Notes under the pieces: model-generated
The model's input: the letters and a program-made list of their open reading frames with translations, nothing else
What the model was told of the DNA's origin: nothing
The model's database searches: none
Made by a program: the position numbers and the translations under genes
Shown: positions 48,096 to 59,415 of the stretch, piece after piece
How the letters are laid out: each line of letters starts with the position of its first letter
How positions within the stretch are numbered: position 1 is the stretch's first letter
Source: Syntrophales bacterium
GTDB taxonomy: Bacteria; Desulfobacterota; Syntrophia; Syntrophales; UBA4778
Reading direction: 5' to 3'
NCBI GenBank assembly: GCA_963665615.2
Contig: CAXXQE010000001.1
Location: 637,151-701,150, forward strand
DNA: 64,000 nucleotides

Positions 48096-50212
48096 TGGAT
48101 ATTCATCGAGAAGCATTCAGAGAGGAAGCCCGAGAGCTACTCGCGGAGTTGGAAAGTGCGCTGCTCGAACTGGAACAGTTTCCTGACGATATGGATACGG
48201 TCGGTCGCGTTTTCAGGGCCATGCATACCATCAAGGGATCCGGCGCCATGTTCGGATTCGACGATATCGCCACCTTTACCCACGGCATTGAGACAGTTTA
48301 TGACTTGGTTCGAAACGGCAAGATCACCGTCAAAAAGGAACTGATTAACCTGACCCTATCCGCCTGCGATCAGATTCGAAAAATGGTCGAATCTTCCAGC
48401 GATGCCGATTTGTGCCATGTCTGCGATGCGGATCATGGCGAGATGGAACAGCTGACGGCAGCCTTTGACGTATATCTGGGAGGGCAAGACGTTCCCCATC
48501 AAGAGAAGCATCGGGAGTGCAATGGAGGAGCAGTGCGAGCGGGCAGTGAGGTTTCGGGTGAAACAACCTATCGCGTTCGTTTTCGTCCGGCGCGAGATCT
48601 CTATAAGACGGGAACAGATCCCGCGTTGCTGATGAATGAGATACATGAGATAGGCCCCTGTTGCGTTGTGGCCCACACCGAAGAGATTCCTTTCCTTGAC
48701 GAGATTGACCCTGAAAGTTGCTATACATACTGGGACGTCATTTTGTCTTCTTCCAGCGGTATCGATACGATTAGGGATGTCTTTATTTTTGTCGAAGACT
48801 CAAGCGATCTGGCGATCAGCGCCATTGATGAAACAGAAGGCGCGGACGGTCAGCCCGGTTATAAGAAACTGGGAGAAATTCTTACAGAGCGGGGGGATCT
48901 CAAGGCCGAGCAACTTGAAGCAGTATTGGCGTCACGTATGAAGATAGGCGAAATGCTCATCAAGGCGGGCATGGTGGTAGAGAGCAAGGTGGCGTCCGCC
49001 CTGGTTGAACAGCAGCACATCCGAGAGGTCCATCAGGCACGTCAGGAGAAAGAGTATAGGGCCAGTATACGCGTTCCCGTTGAGCGGCTAGACGGCTTGG
49101 TCAATATGGTAGGGGAGTTAGTGACACTTCAGTCAAGGCTGACACAAACGGCCGAGCGCATTATCGACAGTGAATTGACGCACATTGCCGAAGAAGTTGA
49201 GAGGCTCATTACGGAGTTACGCGATACGACAATGTGTATCCGTATGCTACCGATTAGTACGACATTTTCGAAGTTCCAGAGACTGGTTCGCGATCTTGCT
49301 GATGAACTTGGCAAAGAAATCACACTTCGTACAGAAGGGGGCGATACAGAACTGGACAAGACCGTTATTGATCGGTTGAGTGATCCGCTGGTTCATTTGA
49401 TTCGCAATAGTGTGGATCATGGCATTGAATTGCCGGCGTTGCGTCGTCAGGCCGGGAAACCCCAAATCGGCACGATCCGCCTTTCTGCGGTTCACGCTGG
49501 TGCGAATGTTTTGATTCGAATTGAGGATGACGGTGCCGGCCTGGACTCGGAGGAGCTTTTCCGTAAAGCCGTAGAAAGGAAACTGGTTGCCGCAGATGCG
49601 GTCCTCACGGAGAAAGATATCTATTCTCTTATTCTGCTCCCCGGATTCTCTACGGCCAAGACCGTTACGAATGTTTCCGGTCGCGGCGTCGGTATGGATG
49701 TCGTTAAGAAGGGGATTGAATCGCTTCACGGAAGTATTGACATAGTGAGTCGGAAAGGGATCGGAACAACGATTACGTTGAAGCTCCCGTTAACGTTGGC
49801 CATCATTGATGGTTTGCTTGTCCGGATCGGCAGTACGCATTTTATCATTCCGCTGGCGTCCATCGAAGAGGTGGCGGAATTGCAGCGAGGCAACGGCCAC
49901 AAAGGGCATCGCAACCTGACTCGAATCAGAGACGAAATTGTTCCCTATATCAGCCTTCGAGAATTCTTCGATATTGAGGGGCCACGACCCCCTATCGAGC
50001 AGATCATCATGACGAACTCAGATAACGGCAGGGTCGGTTTTGTGGTGGATCAGGTGGTCGGTGAGTACCAGACGGTCATCAAATCACTCGGTCGAATATA
50101 TCGCGACGTAGAAGAGATATCCGGGGCGACCATCCTCGGGGACGGAAAACTGGCGCTGATTCTGGATACCCCGAAACTTCTCCAACGGGCCGAGTTTCGA
50201 GAAAATGCGTAA
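48095..50212 (+). CDS. cheA: Chemotaxis histidine kinase CheA
   Basis: FRAMHTIKGSG (Hpt), VGELV, DPLVHLIRNSVDHGIE, DDGAG, GFSTA..SGRGVGMDVV, LPLTLAI, CheW-like tail. Confidence 0.97.
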   Translation: MDIHREAFREEARELLAELESALLELEQFPDDMDTVGRVFRAMHTIKGSGAMFGFDDIATFTHGIETVYDLVRNGKITVKKELINLTLSACDQIRKMVESSSDADLCHVCDADHGEMEQLTAAFDVYLGGQDVPHQEKHRECNGGAVRAGSEVSGETTYRVRFRPARDLYKTGTDPALLMNEIHEIGPCCVVAHTEEIPFLDEIDPESCYTYWDVILSSSSGIDTIRDVFIFVEDSSDLAISAIDETEGADGQPGYKKLGEILTERGDLKAEQLEAVLASRMKIGEMLIKAGMVVESKVASALVEQQHIREVHQARQEKEYRASIRVPVERLDGLVNMVGELVTLQSRLTQTAERIIDSELTHIAEEVERLITELRDTTMCIRMLPISTTFSKFQRLVRDLADELGKEITLRTEGGDTELDKTVIDRLSDPLVHLIRNSVDHGIELPALRRQAGKPQIGTIRLSAVHAGANVLIRIEDDGAGLDSEELFRKAVERKLVAADAVLTEKDIYSLILLPGFSTAKTVTNVSGRGVGMDVVKKGIESLHGSIDIVSRKGIGTTITLKLPLTLAIIDGLLVRIGSTHFIIPLASIEEVAELQRGNGHKGHRNLTRIRDEIVPYISLREFFDIEGPRPPIEQIIMTNSDNGRVGFVVDQVVGEYQTVIKSLGRIYRDVEEISGATILGDGKLALILDTPKLLQRAEFRENA

Positions 50213-50229
50213 GGGACAAGTAGGGGAAT

Positions 50230-50838
50230 ATGGCGTTTACATTTTTTTTTAGGGATCTTGATTGTCTCGAATCTGCCGCAGATCAGCTGGTTAAGGGATG
50301 TCTGGGGAGGAGCCGGATACGCATTTGGAATGCCGGGTCTGCAATGGGGCAGGAACCATACACGCTAGCCATTCTCCTTGCAGAAAAATTGGGAAGCTTT
50401 GCTTTCCGCAATATCGAGATCCATGCGACAGACTATGATAAGCCGCTGCTAGATGTTTTAAAGAATGGAGAATACCCCTATGACGAATTAAAGCGCATTC
50501 CAGAGCAGCTTTTTGAGAAGTATTTCGAAAACGTTCAAGGAGGCACCCGTCATCGGATCATCGATATCATTAGAAACAGCGTCAGGGCCGAGTATCACGA
50601 TTTGTTGAGTTATGATCCGGTCCGAACGGGATTCAGTTTGATTGTGTGCAAAAACGTTCTATTGCATTTCACTTATGACGAACGGATCGAGGTTATAAAG
50701 ATGTTTCACATGGCATTGGAAGATGGCGGGCTTTTCGTAACGGAGCATACCCAAAAGATGCCGGTCGAGCTCGCTTCCCAGTTTCAACAGGTTGTCCCCG
50801 ACAGGCAGTTGTTTAGAAAGGTCGGCAAGGCGTCATGA
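50230..50838 (+). CDS. Short CheR-like SAM-dependent methyltransferase (catalytic domain only)
   Basis: TFFFRD, IWNAGSAMGQEPYTLA, IHATD, IVCKNVLLHF, L..GG; lacks the N-terminal helical domain. Confidence 0.82.
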   Translation: MAFTFFFRDLDCLESAADQLVKGCLGRSRIRIWNAGSAMGQEPYTLAILLAEKLGSFAFRNIEIHATDYDKPLLDVLKNGEYPYDELKRIPEQLFEKYFENVQGGTRHRIIDIIRNSVRAEYHDLLSYDPVRTGFSLIVCKNVLLHFTYDERIEVIKMFHMALEDGGLFVTEHTQKMPVELASQFQQVVPDRQLFRKVGKAS

Positions 50839-51443
50839 AAATACATAGAATCAAGGGACGTGGCGATATCTATACGAGCAATGTCTATTATGTGACGGGG
50901 GACTGGAAGGGGATGCAAGATGTGAACACCCTGATAGACGTAGGCGCTGATCCGTCTCTGATTGCAGCGTTAGAGCAGTTTTCCGGAGGCGTCGGGAAGA
51001 AGAAAGTTGAACAGGTCATTCTGACGCACGGACATTCGGATCATGCGGCCATGCTGCCTCGTGTGAAAGAAACGTATAATCCTATTGCGCGCGCTTTCAG
51101 TCAGACGACGCGACATATTGATCAACTTTTGAAACATGGCGACGCTATCCCGATTGGTGATCGAATCTTTGAAATCATCCATTTGCCGACTCACAGTGAG
51201 GATTCTATCTGCCTCTATAATAGCGAAGAGGGAGTGCTTTTCGCAGGCGATACGCCGCTCAATCTCAAGACGGGATACGGTTATCAAGATAAATATTTTC
51301 TGGAAACACTGCGGACGCTTTGCCGAAAGAATATACAATCCATTTACTTTGGTCACGGAGAGCCGATGATTCACAACGCCAGCGAAATGCTGGTGAATTC
51401 ATTGAACAGAATCGAGCTTTCCCAAGGTATTCTGGTCCGTTAG
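50835..51443 (+). CDS. MBL-fold metallo-hydrolase inside the chemotaxis operon
   Basis: LIDVG, THGHSDH, PTHSEDS, FAGD, FGHG; ATGA overlap with the upstream gene. Confidence 0.88.
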   Translation: MKIHRIKGRGDIYTSNVYYVTGDWKGMQDVNTLIDVGADPSLIAALEQFSGGVGKKKVEQVILTHGHSDHAAMLPRVKETYNPIARAFSQTTRHIDQLLKHGDAIPIGDRIFEIIHLPTHSEDSICLYNSEEGVLFAGDTPLNLKTGYGYQDKYFLETLRTLCRKNIQSIYFGHGEPMIHNASEMLVNSLNRIELSQGILVR

Positions 51444-51538
51444 AAAAGGAAAAGAAGCATGGTGGGAAAATAAAAGTCGAGCATTCGGAAAGACCAATAG
51501 TGTTCTTCATTGAATCGAAGTGTAAGGAGGAGCGGGCA

Positions 51539-54184
51539 ATGGTAAGAAACATGAAAATAGGAACGAAGCTGGCGATTGGATTCGGCGTTTTGACCGTTAT
51601 TCTAGTCGTTATTTGCACGTTGGGTCTGGTGCGTTTAACGGTGCTTGGCAGTATGGTCAATGAAATTGTCTCCGTGCGCATTCCAATCATGGACAGGGTT
51701 GACGAATTGGGCGATAGCGCCAATGTCGGTGCGCGTGCTGTACGCAACATGATTATTTTTACGGATCATGCGGAAATTCTCAAAGAGAAGGAACGGATTG
51801 TTCAGGCACGCACTCAAAACAATGAGAATCTTGAAGCGCTCAAAAAAGCCTATCCGGCCGGAAAGGGTAAAGAACTCGTCGATGCAATCATCTCATCGCG
51901 ACAAATTTACCTGCCGGTTCTGGTGGAGATTATGGATCTTTCTGTGGCGGGGAAGAAGAAGGAAGCGACAGAGATCCTGATTAAAAAGCTTAGACAATTG
52001 CAGCAGGTTTATATGGATAACCTCTCAGAGTTGGTTAAATACGAAAGAGCGGCTGCCGGTATGGAGGCGGCACAATCGAGAGAAATCTATCGCAGCTCGC
52101 GCAATATCATTGCTGGGTCAGGAGTTCTTGCCATTATTCTCTCTGTCACTATGGCCTGGTGGCTGAAGCGCAATATTACACGTCCGATCAGACAATGCGT
52201 CGATGTTGCCCAGAGAATATCCAGAGGGGAAACCGATATTGAGATTACGATGGCCAATAATGATGAAACCGGTGAGCTACTCGATGCCATGAAACTAATG
52301 GTCGAGAATGTTCAGAAGTTGGTCAATGACGCAAGTTATCTCACCATGGCCGCTATGGAGGGCAAACTTGCAACCCGCGCTGATGCCAGCAAGCATCATG
52401 GTGGATACAGGCAGATCGTGGAAGGAATTAACGACACGCTGGACGCAGTCATCGGCCCGTTGAACGTTGCTGCGGAGTATGTAGACCGGATTGCCAAGGG
52501 GGATATACCGCCTCGCATTACGGACAGCTATAATGGCGACTTCAACGAGATCAAGAACAACCTGAATCAGTGCATCGAAGCAGTCAATGCGTTGGTGGCT
52601 GATGCGAACATGCTGTCACGCGCGGCAGTGGAAGGGAAGCTGGCGACGCGTGCGGACGCCTCGAAGCACCAGGGAGAGTTCAACAAGATCGTAGCCGGTG
52701 TCAACGACACGCTGGATGCAGTCATCGGCCCGTTGAACGTTGCTGCGGAGTATGTAGACCGGATCGCCAAGGGGGATATACCGCCTCGCATTACGGACAG
52801 CTATAACGGCGACTTTAACGAGATCAAGAACAACCTGAATCAGTGCATCGAAGCAGTCAATGCGCTGGTGGCTGATGCGAACATGCTGTCACGCGCGGCA
52901 GTGGAAGGGAAGCTGGCGACGCGTGCGGACGCCTCGAAGCACCAGGGCAACTTCAACAAGATCGTAGCCGGTGTCAACGACACGCTCGATGCAGTCATCG
53001 GCCCGTTGAACGTTGCTGCGGAGTATGTGGACCGGATCGCCAAGGGGGACAATCCGCCTCGCATTACGGACAGCTATAACGGCGACTTCAACGAGATCAA
53101 GAATAACCTGAATGTGTTAATCAGTTCAATGTCCGAAATCACTGACGCGGCTAAACAGATTGCAGATGGTAATCTGATGGTCCAGATAAAAGAGCGCTCG
53201 GCTGATGATCAATTGATGCAAGCAATCGAAAAAATGCTCGAAAAACTGAAAGATGTCGTAAAAAATGTTCAGGATGCCTCAAATATGGTCGCTTCAGGCA
53301 GCATGGAACTGACATCGAAGACAGAACAGATCTCTCAGGGGGCTACGGAGCAGGCATCTTCGGCGGAAGAAGTTTCCTCATCCATGGAGCAAATGACATC
53401 CAATATTATCCAGAATGCTGATAATGCCCAGCAAACGGAGCGTCTTGCGGTCAAGTCAGCGGAAGACGCGAAAGACGGCGGGCAGGCTGTTGCTGAAACC
53501 GTTACAGCGATGAAGGAGATCGCCAACAAGATATCGATTATCGAGGAACTGGCCAGGCAGACCAACATGTTGGCGCTTAATGCCGCGATTGAGGCGGCCC
53601 GGGCCGGTGAGCATGGAAAGGGGTTCGCGGTTGTTGCTGCGGAAGTCAGGCGGCTGGCTGAAAGAAGTCAGACGGCGGCGGGGGAAATTAACCTTTTGTC
53701 GGCCTCAAGTGTTCAGATCGCGGAAAAGGCAGGCGAAATGCTTGGGCGGATTGTTCCTGCCATTCAGAAGACGGCAGATCTTGTACAGGAGATCAATGCG
53801 GCAAGCAATGAGCAGAAAAACGGCGCCGATCAGATCAACAAAGCGGTTCAACAGCTCGATCAGGTTATTCAGCAGAACGCTGCCGGATCAGAGGAAATAG
53901 CTGCAACGGCTGATCGCCTTAGGGAACAGGCTGAGCAGCTTCAAGGCGCAATAGGATTTTTCCGTATAGAAACATCTCTGGAAAAACGTCCGGGGAAGAA
54001 AGGAAACGGCAAATGCCACCAAAACATCAGCGTTCCCTTGTTCATGCAAACTCAGAACCCTAAGGGGTGCGGAACGTCCCTGCCTCATCAGGCATCGGGG
54101 GAGATTGTTACCGGTGTTGCGTTAAATATGTCGGATAATGGCGGGAAACGAGACGCTCAGGATTATGAGTTCGAGCGATATTAA
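51539..54184 (+). CDS. Methyl-accepting chemotaxis protein with 4HB sensor and poly-HAMP linker
   Basis: Two TM helices, HAMP repeats, [28 protein letters not shown]-terminal pentapeptide EFERY; AAGGAGG RBS. Confidence 0.95.
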   Translation: MVRNMKIGTKLAIGFGVLTVILVVICTLGLVRLTVLGSMVNEIVSVRIPIMDRVDELGDSANVGARAVRNMIIFTDHAEILKEKERIVQARTQNNENLEALKKAYPAGKGKELVDAIISSRQIYLPVLVEIMDLSVAGKKKEATEILIKKLRQLQQVYMDNLSELVKYERAAAGMEAAQSREIYRSSRNIIAGSGVLAIILSVTMAWWLKRNITRPIRQCVDVAQRISRGETDIEITMANNDETGELLDAMKLMVENVQKLVNDASYLTMAAMEGKLATRADASKHHGGYRQIVEGINDTLDAVIGPLNVAAEYVDRIAKGDIPPRITDSYNGDFNEIKNNLNQCIEAVNALVADANMLSRAAVEGKLATRADASKHQGEFNKIVAGVNDTLDAVIGPLNVAAEYVDRIAKGDIPPRITDSYNGDFNEIKNNLNQCIEAVNALVADANMLSRAAVEGKLATRADASKHQGNFNKIVAGVNDTLDAVIGPLNVAAEYVDRIAKGDNPPRITDSYNGDFNEIKNNLNVLISSMSEITDAAKQIADGNLMVQIKERSADDQLMQAIEKMLEKLKDVVKNVQDASNMVASGSMELTSKTEQISQGATEQASSAEEVSSSMEQMTSNIIQNADNAQQTERLAVKSAEDAKDGGQAVAETVTAMKEIANKISIIEELARQTNMLALNAAIEAARAGEHGKGFAVVAAEVRRLAERSQTAAGEINLLSASSVQIAEKAGEMLGRIVPAIQKTADLVQEINAASNEQKNGADQINKAVQQLDQVIQQNAAGSEEIAATADRLREQAEQLQGAIGFFRIETSLEKRPGKKGNGKCHQNISVPLFMQTQNPKGCGTSLPHQASGEIVTGVALNMSDNGGKRDAQDYEFERY
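52430..53113 (+). repeat. 273-bp intragenic tandem repeat (~2.5 near-identical copies)
   Basis: AACGACACGCT.GA.GCAGTCATCGGCCCG starts at 52430, 52703 and 52976; each unit encodes 91 aa. Confidence 0.95.
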
Positions 54185-54201
54185 ACCGACTGGAGGAGAT
54201 T

Positions 54202-54735
54202 ATGAGCGCGTCTTCAATAACGGAAACAAGCCAATACTTGACCTTTAAACTCGATGATGAGGTTTTTGCGGTGGACGTTGCCAATGTCCGCGAGATCCTC
54301 GATTTGACGCCTATAACGAAGATTCCTGGTACACCGGACTTTATGCGTGGCATTATCAATGTTCGCGGTAATGTCGTTCCGGTGGTTGATATGCGCCTGA
54401 AATTCAGTATGAGTATGTCTGAAGCCACGGTGAACACCTGTATTGTCGTTTTGGAAGTGATCATTGAAGATGACGTTGTCGTTCTTGGAGCGTTGGTCGA
54501 TTCTGTTCAGGAAGTCTTCGAGTTGGAACCTGATCAGATAGAGATGGCGCCAAAAATCGGAACGAAGTGGCGGACGGAGCTAATCAAGGGAATTGGAAAA
54601 CGAAACAACGAGATGATTATCATCATCGATATTGCAAAGGCATTCTCGTTCGATGAGCTCAGCGTGATTCAGGAAGCGGGCTATATCGCACCAGACCCGC
54701 CACGGCAAGAGACAGGAAATATTGCAATGGCTTGA
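54202..54735 (+). CDS. cheW: Chemotaxis adaptor CheW
   Basis: QYLTFKL, VREI, PDFMRGIINVRG.VVPVVD, GALVDSVQEV. Confidence 0.95.
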   Translation: MSASSITETSQYLTFKLDDEVFAVDVANVREILDLTPITKIPGTPDFMRGIINVRGNVVPVVDMRLKFSMSMSEATVNTCIVVLEVIIEDDVVVLGALVDSVQEVFELEPDQIEMAPKIGTKWRTELIKGIGKRNNEMIIIIDIAKAFSFDELSVIQEAGYIAPDPPRQETGNIAMA

Positions 54736-54775
54736 ACGCTGCGCGGCATTGATGCGGACGGGGGTTGAGATCACA

Positions 54776-55720
54776 ATGGTCAGGAGAGAGGACGCTGGGA
54801 GCAGTATTCCGAACGAAATAAGTGAAGAGGCCTTTAGACAGCTCTGCCGGCTCTTTCATGAAGAATGCGGGATTTACTTGAAGGATGGTAAACAAAAGCT
54901 GCTGCAAGGGAGACTTCAGAAACGCATGGCCTGTTTAGGCATCCAAAAATTCGAGGAATACTGCAACCTCCTGTTAACGGCAAGGGGAAGACAGGAAGAA
55001 CTGCCGCATGCGATTGATGCCGTAACTACGAATAAAACTGATTTTTTTAGAGAGGCGCATCAATTTGATTTTTTGCTGAGCACCGCGTTACCGGATTGCT
55101 TCAGTCGTTATGATATTCAATCAGGGAAGCCGCTTTCGTTGTGGAGTGCGGCTTGTTCAAGTGGAGAGGAACCTTATTCCCTGGCTATGGTCTTGGCAGA
55201 GTATGGCTCTTCGCATCCCAGTCTCCAGTATTCAATTTTGGCAACGGATATCAGCAACCGTATTCTCGATGCGGCAAGGCAGGGCGTTTATCACCATTAC
55301 CAGGTTGAACCCATTCCCTTGGGCTTGCGTCATAAATATCTGCTAAAAAGCAGGTTGCCCGGTTGCGATCTTGTCCGTGTTGCTCCGGAGATCAGGGCGA
55401 AGGTTCACTTTGAAAGGTTGAATCTCATTTCTGATGATTACGGCATTCCCGAGCGGATGGATGTTATCTTTTGTCGCAACGTCATCATTTACTTCGACAA
55501 GCAGACCCAGAAAAAGGTGATTGAAAACTTGCTTAGGCGCCTGGTTCCAGGGGGCTATCTGTTTATGGGGCATTCAGAGACGTTAAACGGGATGAACCTT
55601 CCCCTCTCATATGTTGCGGCCAATGTCTATCGTAAGGGAACGGAAGACGAGGAAGAGGCGACGTTTCAACAGCCGGAGACGGTCGCATATGCGCGCTCGG
55701 AAGCGCTTTCGCTGTGCTGA
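54776..55720 (+). CDS. cheR: Chemotaxis methyltransferase CheR
   Basis: TTNKTDFFRE, WSAACSSGEEPYS, ATDIS, IFCRNVIIYF, GHSETL. Confidence 0.95.
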   Translation: MVRREDAGSSIPNEISEEAFRQLCRLFHEECGIYLKDGKQKLLQGRLQKRMACLGIQKFEEYCNLLLTARGRQEELPHAIDAVTTNKTDFFREAHQFDFLLSTALPDCFSRYDIQSGKPLSLWSAACSSGEEPYSLAMVLAEYGSSHPSLQYSILATDISNRILDAARQGVYHHYQVEPIPLGLRHKYLLKSRLPGCDLVRVAPEIRAKVHFERLNLISDDYGIPERMDVIFCRNVIIYFDKQTQKKVIENLLRRLVPGGYLFMGHSETLNGMNLPLSYVAANVYRKGTEDEEEATFQQPETVAYARSEALSLC

Positions 55721-55806
55721 TGTAGCGTAAGCGAGGATTAAATTCCGGCCATAGGTGCAAACGCTTATTGGCAATCGGTGCTGATTATGAGGTTTGTATT
55801 GTTTCC

Positions 55807-56871
55807 ATGCAGAACGGCAAAATAAAAGTTCTCGTTGTTGATGATTCGTCGTTAGTGCGCCAGACATTGTCGGACGTGCTGTCATCCGATCCGGCTATCG
55901 AGGTTATGGCGACGGCGATAGACCCGCTCGCGGCGGCTGAAAAGATTAAAACTCAGATCCCAGATGTCATCGTTCTGGATATTGAAATGCCTCGAATGGA
56001 TGGGATTACCTTCTTGCAAAAGATCATGACACAGCATCCGATGCCGGTGGTCATCTGTTCAAGTCTTGTTGAAAAAGGATCGGAAACTGCACTGCGCGCT
56101 TTGGATTATGGCGCCGTGGAGATCATACAAAAGCCCCGACTGGGTACAAAGCAGTTTCTGGAGGAATCTCGCATACGGATCTGCGATGCAGTCAAAGCAG
56201 CGTCCGTCGCGCGTATTCGAAGGATTTCGTCGACGTCTATTGTCGAACCCAAACTCACCGCCGATGCGGTCATCCCAAAACCCGCTTCACAGGCAATGGT
56301 CCAAACAACGGAAAAAATCGTGGTGGTCGGCGCCTCCACGGGCGGAACCGAAGCCCTGCGTGTATTCCTTACGATGTTACCCGACGATGCGCCTGGCATG
56401 GTGATTGTGCAACACATGCCAGAACACTTTACTGCGTCTTTTGCACGCCGCATGGACGAGCTTTGCCGCGTCCACGTGAGAGAAGCGCAGGACAATGATT
56501 CCGTTGTTCGGGGGCAGGCTTTGATTGCGCCGGGAAATTACCACACCCTTCTGAAGAGAAGCGGGGCGAGGTATTATGTTGAGGTCCGCCAAGGGCCGCT
56601 GGTGGCGAGGCATCGTCCATCTGTGGATGTTCTCTTTCGTTCGGCTGCCCGCTATGCGGGCAAAAATGCTGTCGGGGTTATCATGACCGGCATGGGAGAC
56701 GATGGCGCACGTGGCATGCGAGAAATGAAAGATGGTGGCGCCTATACGATTGCTCAGGACGAAGAGTCATGCGTTGTGTTTGGGATGCCTAACGAAGCCA
56801 TCAAACTTGGCGCCGTGGACCGCATCCTGCCTTTGGAGACCATCTCCGGCGCAGTTCTAAAGGCATGCTGA
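55807..56871 (+). CDS. cheB: Chemotaxis response regulator methylesterase CheB
   Basis: REC domain plus [31 protein letters not shown]. Confidence 0.97.
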   Translation: MQNGKIKVLVVDDSSLVRQTLSDVLSSDPAIEVMATAIDPLAAAEKIKTQIPDVIVLDIEMPRMDGITFLQKIMTQHPMPVVICSSLVEKGSETALRALDYGAVEIIQKPRLGTKQFLEESRIRICDAVKAASVARIRRISSTSIVEPKLTADAVIPKPASQAMVQTTEKIVVVGASTGGTEALRVFLTMLPDDAPGMVIVQHMPEHFTASFARRMDELCRVHVREAQDNDSVVRGQALIAPGNYHTLLKRSGARYYVEVRQGPLVARHRPSVDVLFRSAARYAGKNAVGVIMTGMGDDGARGMREMKDGGAYTIAQDEESCVVFGMPNEAIKLGAVDRILPLETISGAVLKAC

Positions 56872-57034
56872 TTTTAGCGGGCCTTTCTTATATTGAAACA
56901 CCTGCATTACGCCATGTTGCCGTTTCCAAAACAATTTCCCGTTGACAGGTCATCGCTGGTCAATCCCCCAGTTTTTAAATTGACTATTCATGGACAAAGG
57001 CGTTCAATCAGACATCAAGAAAGGAGAAGAGAAA

Positions 57035-57625
57035 ATGAAAAGCTCGGTTCGAATATTTTTTGTGATGTTGACGGTCATCTTATTTGTTTGTCCTGCATCA
57101 ACCGGAATTGCAAAAAGTCGGGACTGTTCGCCTGAGATGAAGGCTAAAATTGAAGAAATGAGAAAAGAACTGAAAAAGTTCACGGATGAGCGGGCGGTCG
57201 TCAAGAAAAACCTTGAGACCTTCGATGAACTTGACTTTGTCGTCTTTAGCAATCAGGAGTGGACACGACTTCACGAAAGCCACGCTAAGGATGTCAAGGT
57301 TAATTGGCCGGATGGGCATTATACACTTGGCATCGAAAAGCACATCGAAGATCTCAAGGCCATGTTTGTCTATGCGCCTGATACGAACATAAAAGTTCAC
57401 CCGATTAAATTCGGGTCCCAGGACTTCACCGGTGTTATCGGGGTTATGACCGGCACTTTTACAAAGCCCATGCCGATCGGCGACGGAAAATTCATTCCGC
57501 CGACTGGCAAAAAATTTTCTATTACCATGTGTACCGTTGGCCATTGGAAAGAAGGCGTGATGATCGAAGAATGGTTGTTTTGGGATAATGCAACTTACAT
57601 GAAGCAGATCGGGATAGGAAATTGA
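57035..57625 (+). CDS. Exported SnoaL-like ester cyclase (NTF2-fold) protein
   Basis: Signal peptide; FDELDF.VF, HESHA.DV.V.WPDG, GTFT.PM, PTGK.F, EEWLFWDN. Confidence 0.8.
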   Translation: MKSSVRIFFVMLTVILFVCPASTGIAKSRDCSPEMKAKIEEMRKELKKFTDERAVVKKNLETFDELDFVVFSNQEWTRLHESHAKDVKVNWPDGHYTLGIEKHIEDLKAMFVYAPDTNIKVHPIKFGSQDFTGVIGVMTGTFTKPMPIGDGKFIPPTGKKFSITMCTVGHWKEGVMIEEWLFWDNATYMKQIGIGN

Positions 57626-57647
57626 TTAAGATGATAGGGAGGAAATA

Positions 57648-58217
57648 ATGACGCAGAAAAAGATTGCTGTCTTTGTCGGGAGCCTGCGCAAGGATTCTTT
57701 TAATCGAAAAATGGCAGCGGCGCTGATTGCATTGGCGCCGTCGTCGCTGAAACTTGAAATCGTTGAGATCGGAAATCTTGCGCTCTATAATCAGGATTTC
57801 GACGACGAGGGGCGGCCGCTGGCGGAGTGGACAGCCTTTCGGCAGATTGTGAAATCTTATGACGGCGTGTTGTTCGTTACCCCGGAGTATAACCGATCCG
57901 TGCCCGCTGTGCTCAAGAATGCAATCGATGTCGGATCCCGCCCCTACGGGCAGAGCGTTTGGGGCGGTAAGCCCGGCGCTGTCATGAGTGTCTCGCCCGG
58001 CGCGATAGGCGGATTCGGCTCCAATCATCATCTCCGGCAATCACTCGTCTTTTTGGATATTCCCGCCATGCAGCAGCCAGAGGCATACGTTGGAAATGCG
58101 GCGAATCTCTTTGACGAAAGCGGACGTCTCGCCAACGATTCGATCAGGGAATTTGTCAAAAAGTTTATCGAGACATACGCTGCCTGGGTTGAAACGCATA
58201 CGGCCTGCAAAAAATAA
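57648..58217 (+). CDS. NAD(P)H-dependent FMN reductase (ChrR-like)
   Basis: VGSLRKDSFN, VTPEYNRSVPAVLKNAID, SRPYG, GG.G. Confidence 0.92.
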   Translation: MTQKKIAVFVGSLRKDSFNRKMAAALIALAPSSLKLEIVEIGNLALYNQDFDDEGRPLAEWTAFRQIVKSYDGVLFVTPEYNRSVPAVLKNAIDVGSRPYGQSVWGGKPGAVMSVSPGAIGGFGSNHHLRQSLVFLDIPAMQQPEAYVGNAANLFDESGRLANDSIREFVKKFIETYAAWVETHTACKK

Positions 58218-58239
58218 GCAGTCAAAAAGGGGCAGGGCG

Positions 58240-59025
58240 TCAGGGGATTGGATGCACCGCCTCTTTTTCAACATAGGCGTAAGCATTGTGGTAGTGGATG
58301 CTTTCGAAGTTCTCTGCCTCAATGCTGTACCAGGTGAAGTTCGAATCCTGATTCAGCTTGACGGCGATGCTTCTGACGATATCCTCGACGAACATCGGAT
58401 TGTTGAAAGCCTTCTCGGTGACGTATTTCTCATCGGCCCGCTTGAGCAGGGAAAATACCTCGCCGCTGGCGGACGCTTCGATCAGATGGATCAGATCCTC
58501 TATCCAGAAAAATTTCTTGAAACGGACCAGAACCTGGACAATACCGCGCTGATTGTGGGCTCCGAAATCGCTGATCTGTTTTGAACAGGGGCAGACAGTC
58601 GTCACAGGGACGAGCACGCCTACCTGGAAGTCTGTTATTCCCTCCCTGATTTCTCCGATAAATCGGCAGGAGTATTCCATTAGACTTTTAGCGCGCGACA
58701 CCGGTGCCACCTTTTCAATGAAGTACGGAAACTCGATCTCCATGTGCGCCGAGGCTGCCTTTAATTTCTCTTTGACCTTTTTCAGGATGCTCTCGAAGGT
58801 CTTGATATTGATCTCGCCGCGGTAAGCGTTTAGCACTTCGATAAAACGGCTCATGTGCGTGCCCTTGAAGTGATGTGGCAGGTTCACGTACATGCTGATG
58901 TTGGCGTTGACGTGCTGAAAGCTGTTGGCACGGTCCAGTACGATGACGGGATATTTGATACCCTTTACACCGACCTTTTGGATATTGATTTTTCTTTCAT
59001 CCTTGAGGTTTTGAACGTCGAACAT
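58240..59025 (-). CDS. folE2: GTP cyclohydrolase IB
   Basis: DVQ, KGTHMSRF, TVCPCSK, GAHNQR, LKR.DEK.VTE, FVED, ESIH.HNA. Confidence 0.95.
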   Translation of the reverse strand: MFDVQNLKDERKINIQKVGVKGIKYPVIVLDRANSFQHVNANISMYVNLPHHFKGTHMSRFIEVLNAYRGEINIKTFESILKKVKEKLKAASAHMEIEFPYFIEKVAPVSRAKSLMEYSCRFIGEIREGITDFQVGVLVPVTTVCPCSKQISDFGAHNQRGIVQVLVRFKKFFWIEDLIHLIEASASGEVFSLLKRADEKYVTEKAFNNPMFVEDIVRSIAVKLNQDSNFTWYSIEAENFESIHYHNAYAYVEKEAVHPIP

Positions 59026-59035
59026 GGTGGGGGAC

Positions 59036-59401
59036 TCAACTATATGTGGCTTTGGCGTCCTCTGACTCCCATACGGTTACCTTTGACACGGAGACGCGGT
59101 CGCCCTTAAAGGTTTCACTTAGGGCATCGTAAATAAATTTAGCGACATTCTCCGCCGAGGGATTCAGCCCCCTCAGGGCGGGGATCTCGTTGAGGCACTT
59201 GTGGTCAAGCGTCTCCAGCAACGCAGCAACGCGGCCCTTTAAGTGGCGGAAGTCGATCAGCAATCCCTCGGCATCTAATGAATCCGAGGCAACCGAAACC
59301 TCGACAAGAAAGTTGTGGCCATGGAGCTTTTCGCAACTGCCGCCGATGTTGTCAAGCCGGTGGGCGGCTGAAAACATTTTCTTGATGGTAACTTCATACA
59401 T
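59036..59401 (-). CDS. queD: 6-carboxytetrahydropterin synthase
   Basis: FSAAHRL, CEKLHGHN, IDF, LDH..LN, NPSAEN, VWES. Confidence 0.93.
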   Translation of the reverse strand: MYEVTIKKMFSAAHRLDNIGGSCEKLHGHNFLVEVSVASDSLDAEGLLIDFRHLKGRVAALLETLDHKCLNEIPALRGLNPSAENVAKFIYDALSETFKGDRVSVSKVTVWESEDAKATYS

Positions 59402-59415
59402 GAAGAGCGCACCCT

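Noticed and set aside
52430..53113. Possible CRISPR array or DGR template/variable repeat pair
   Set aside because: The repeats are contiguous, in-frame 273-bp coding units without spacers, differences are not adenine-specific, and there is no cas or reverse transcriptase gene.
55660..55806. cheD remnant between cheR and cheB
   Set aside because: No CheD motifs in any frame I checked, and the gap is short.
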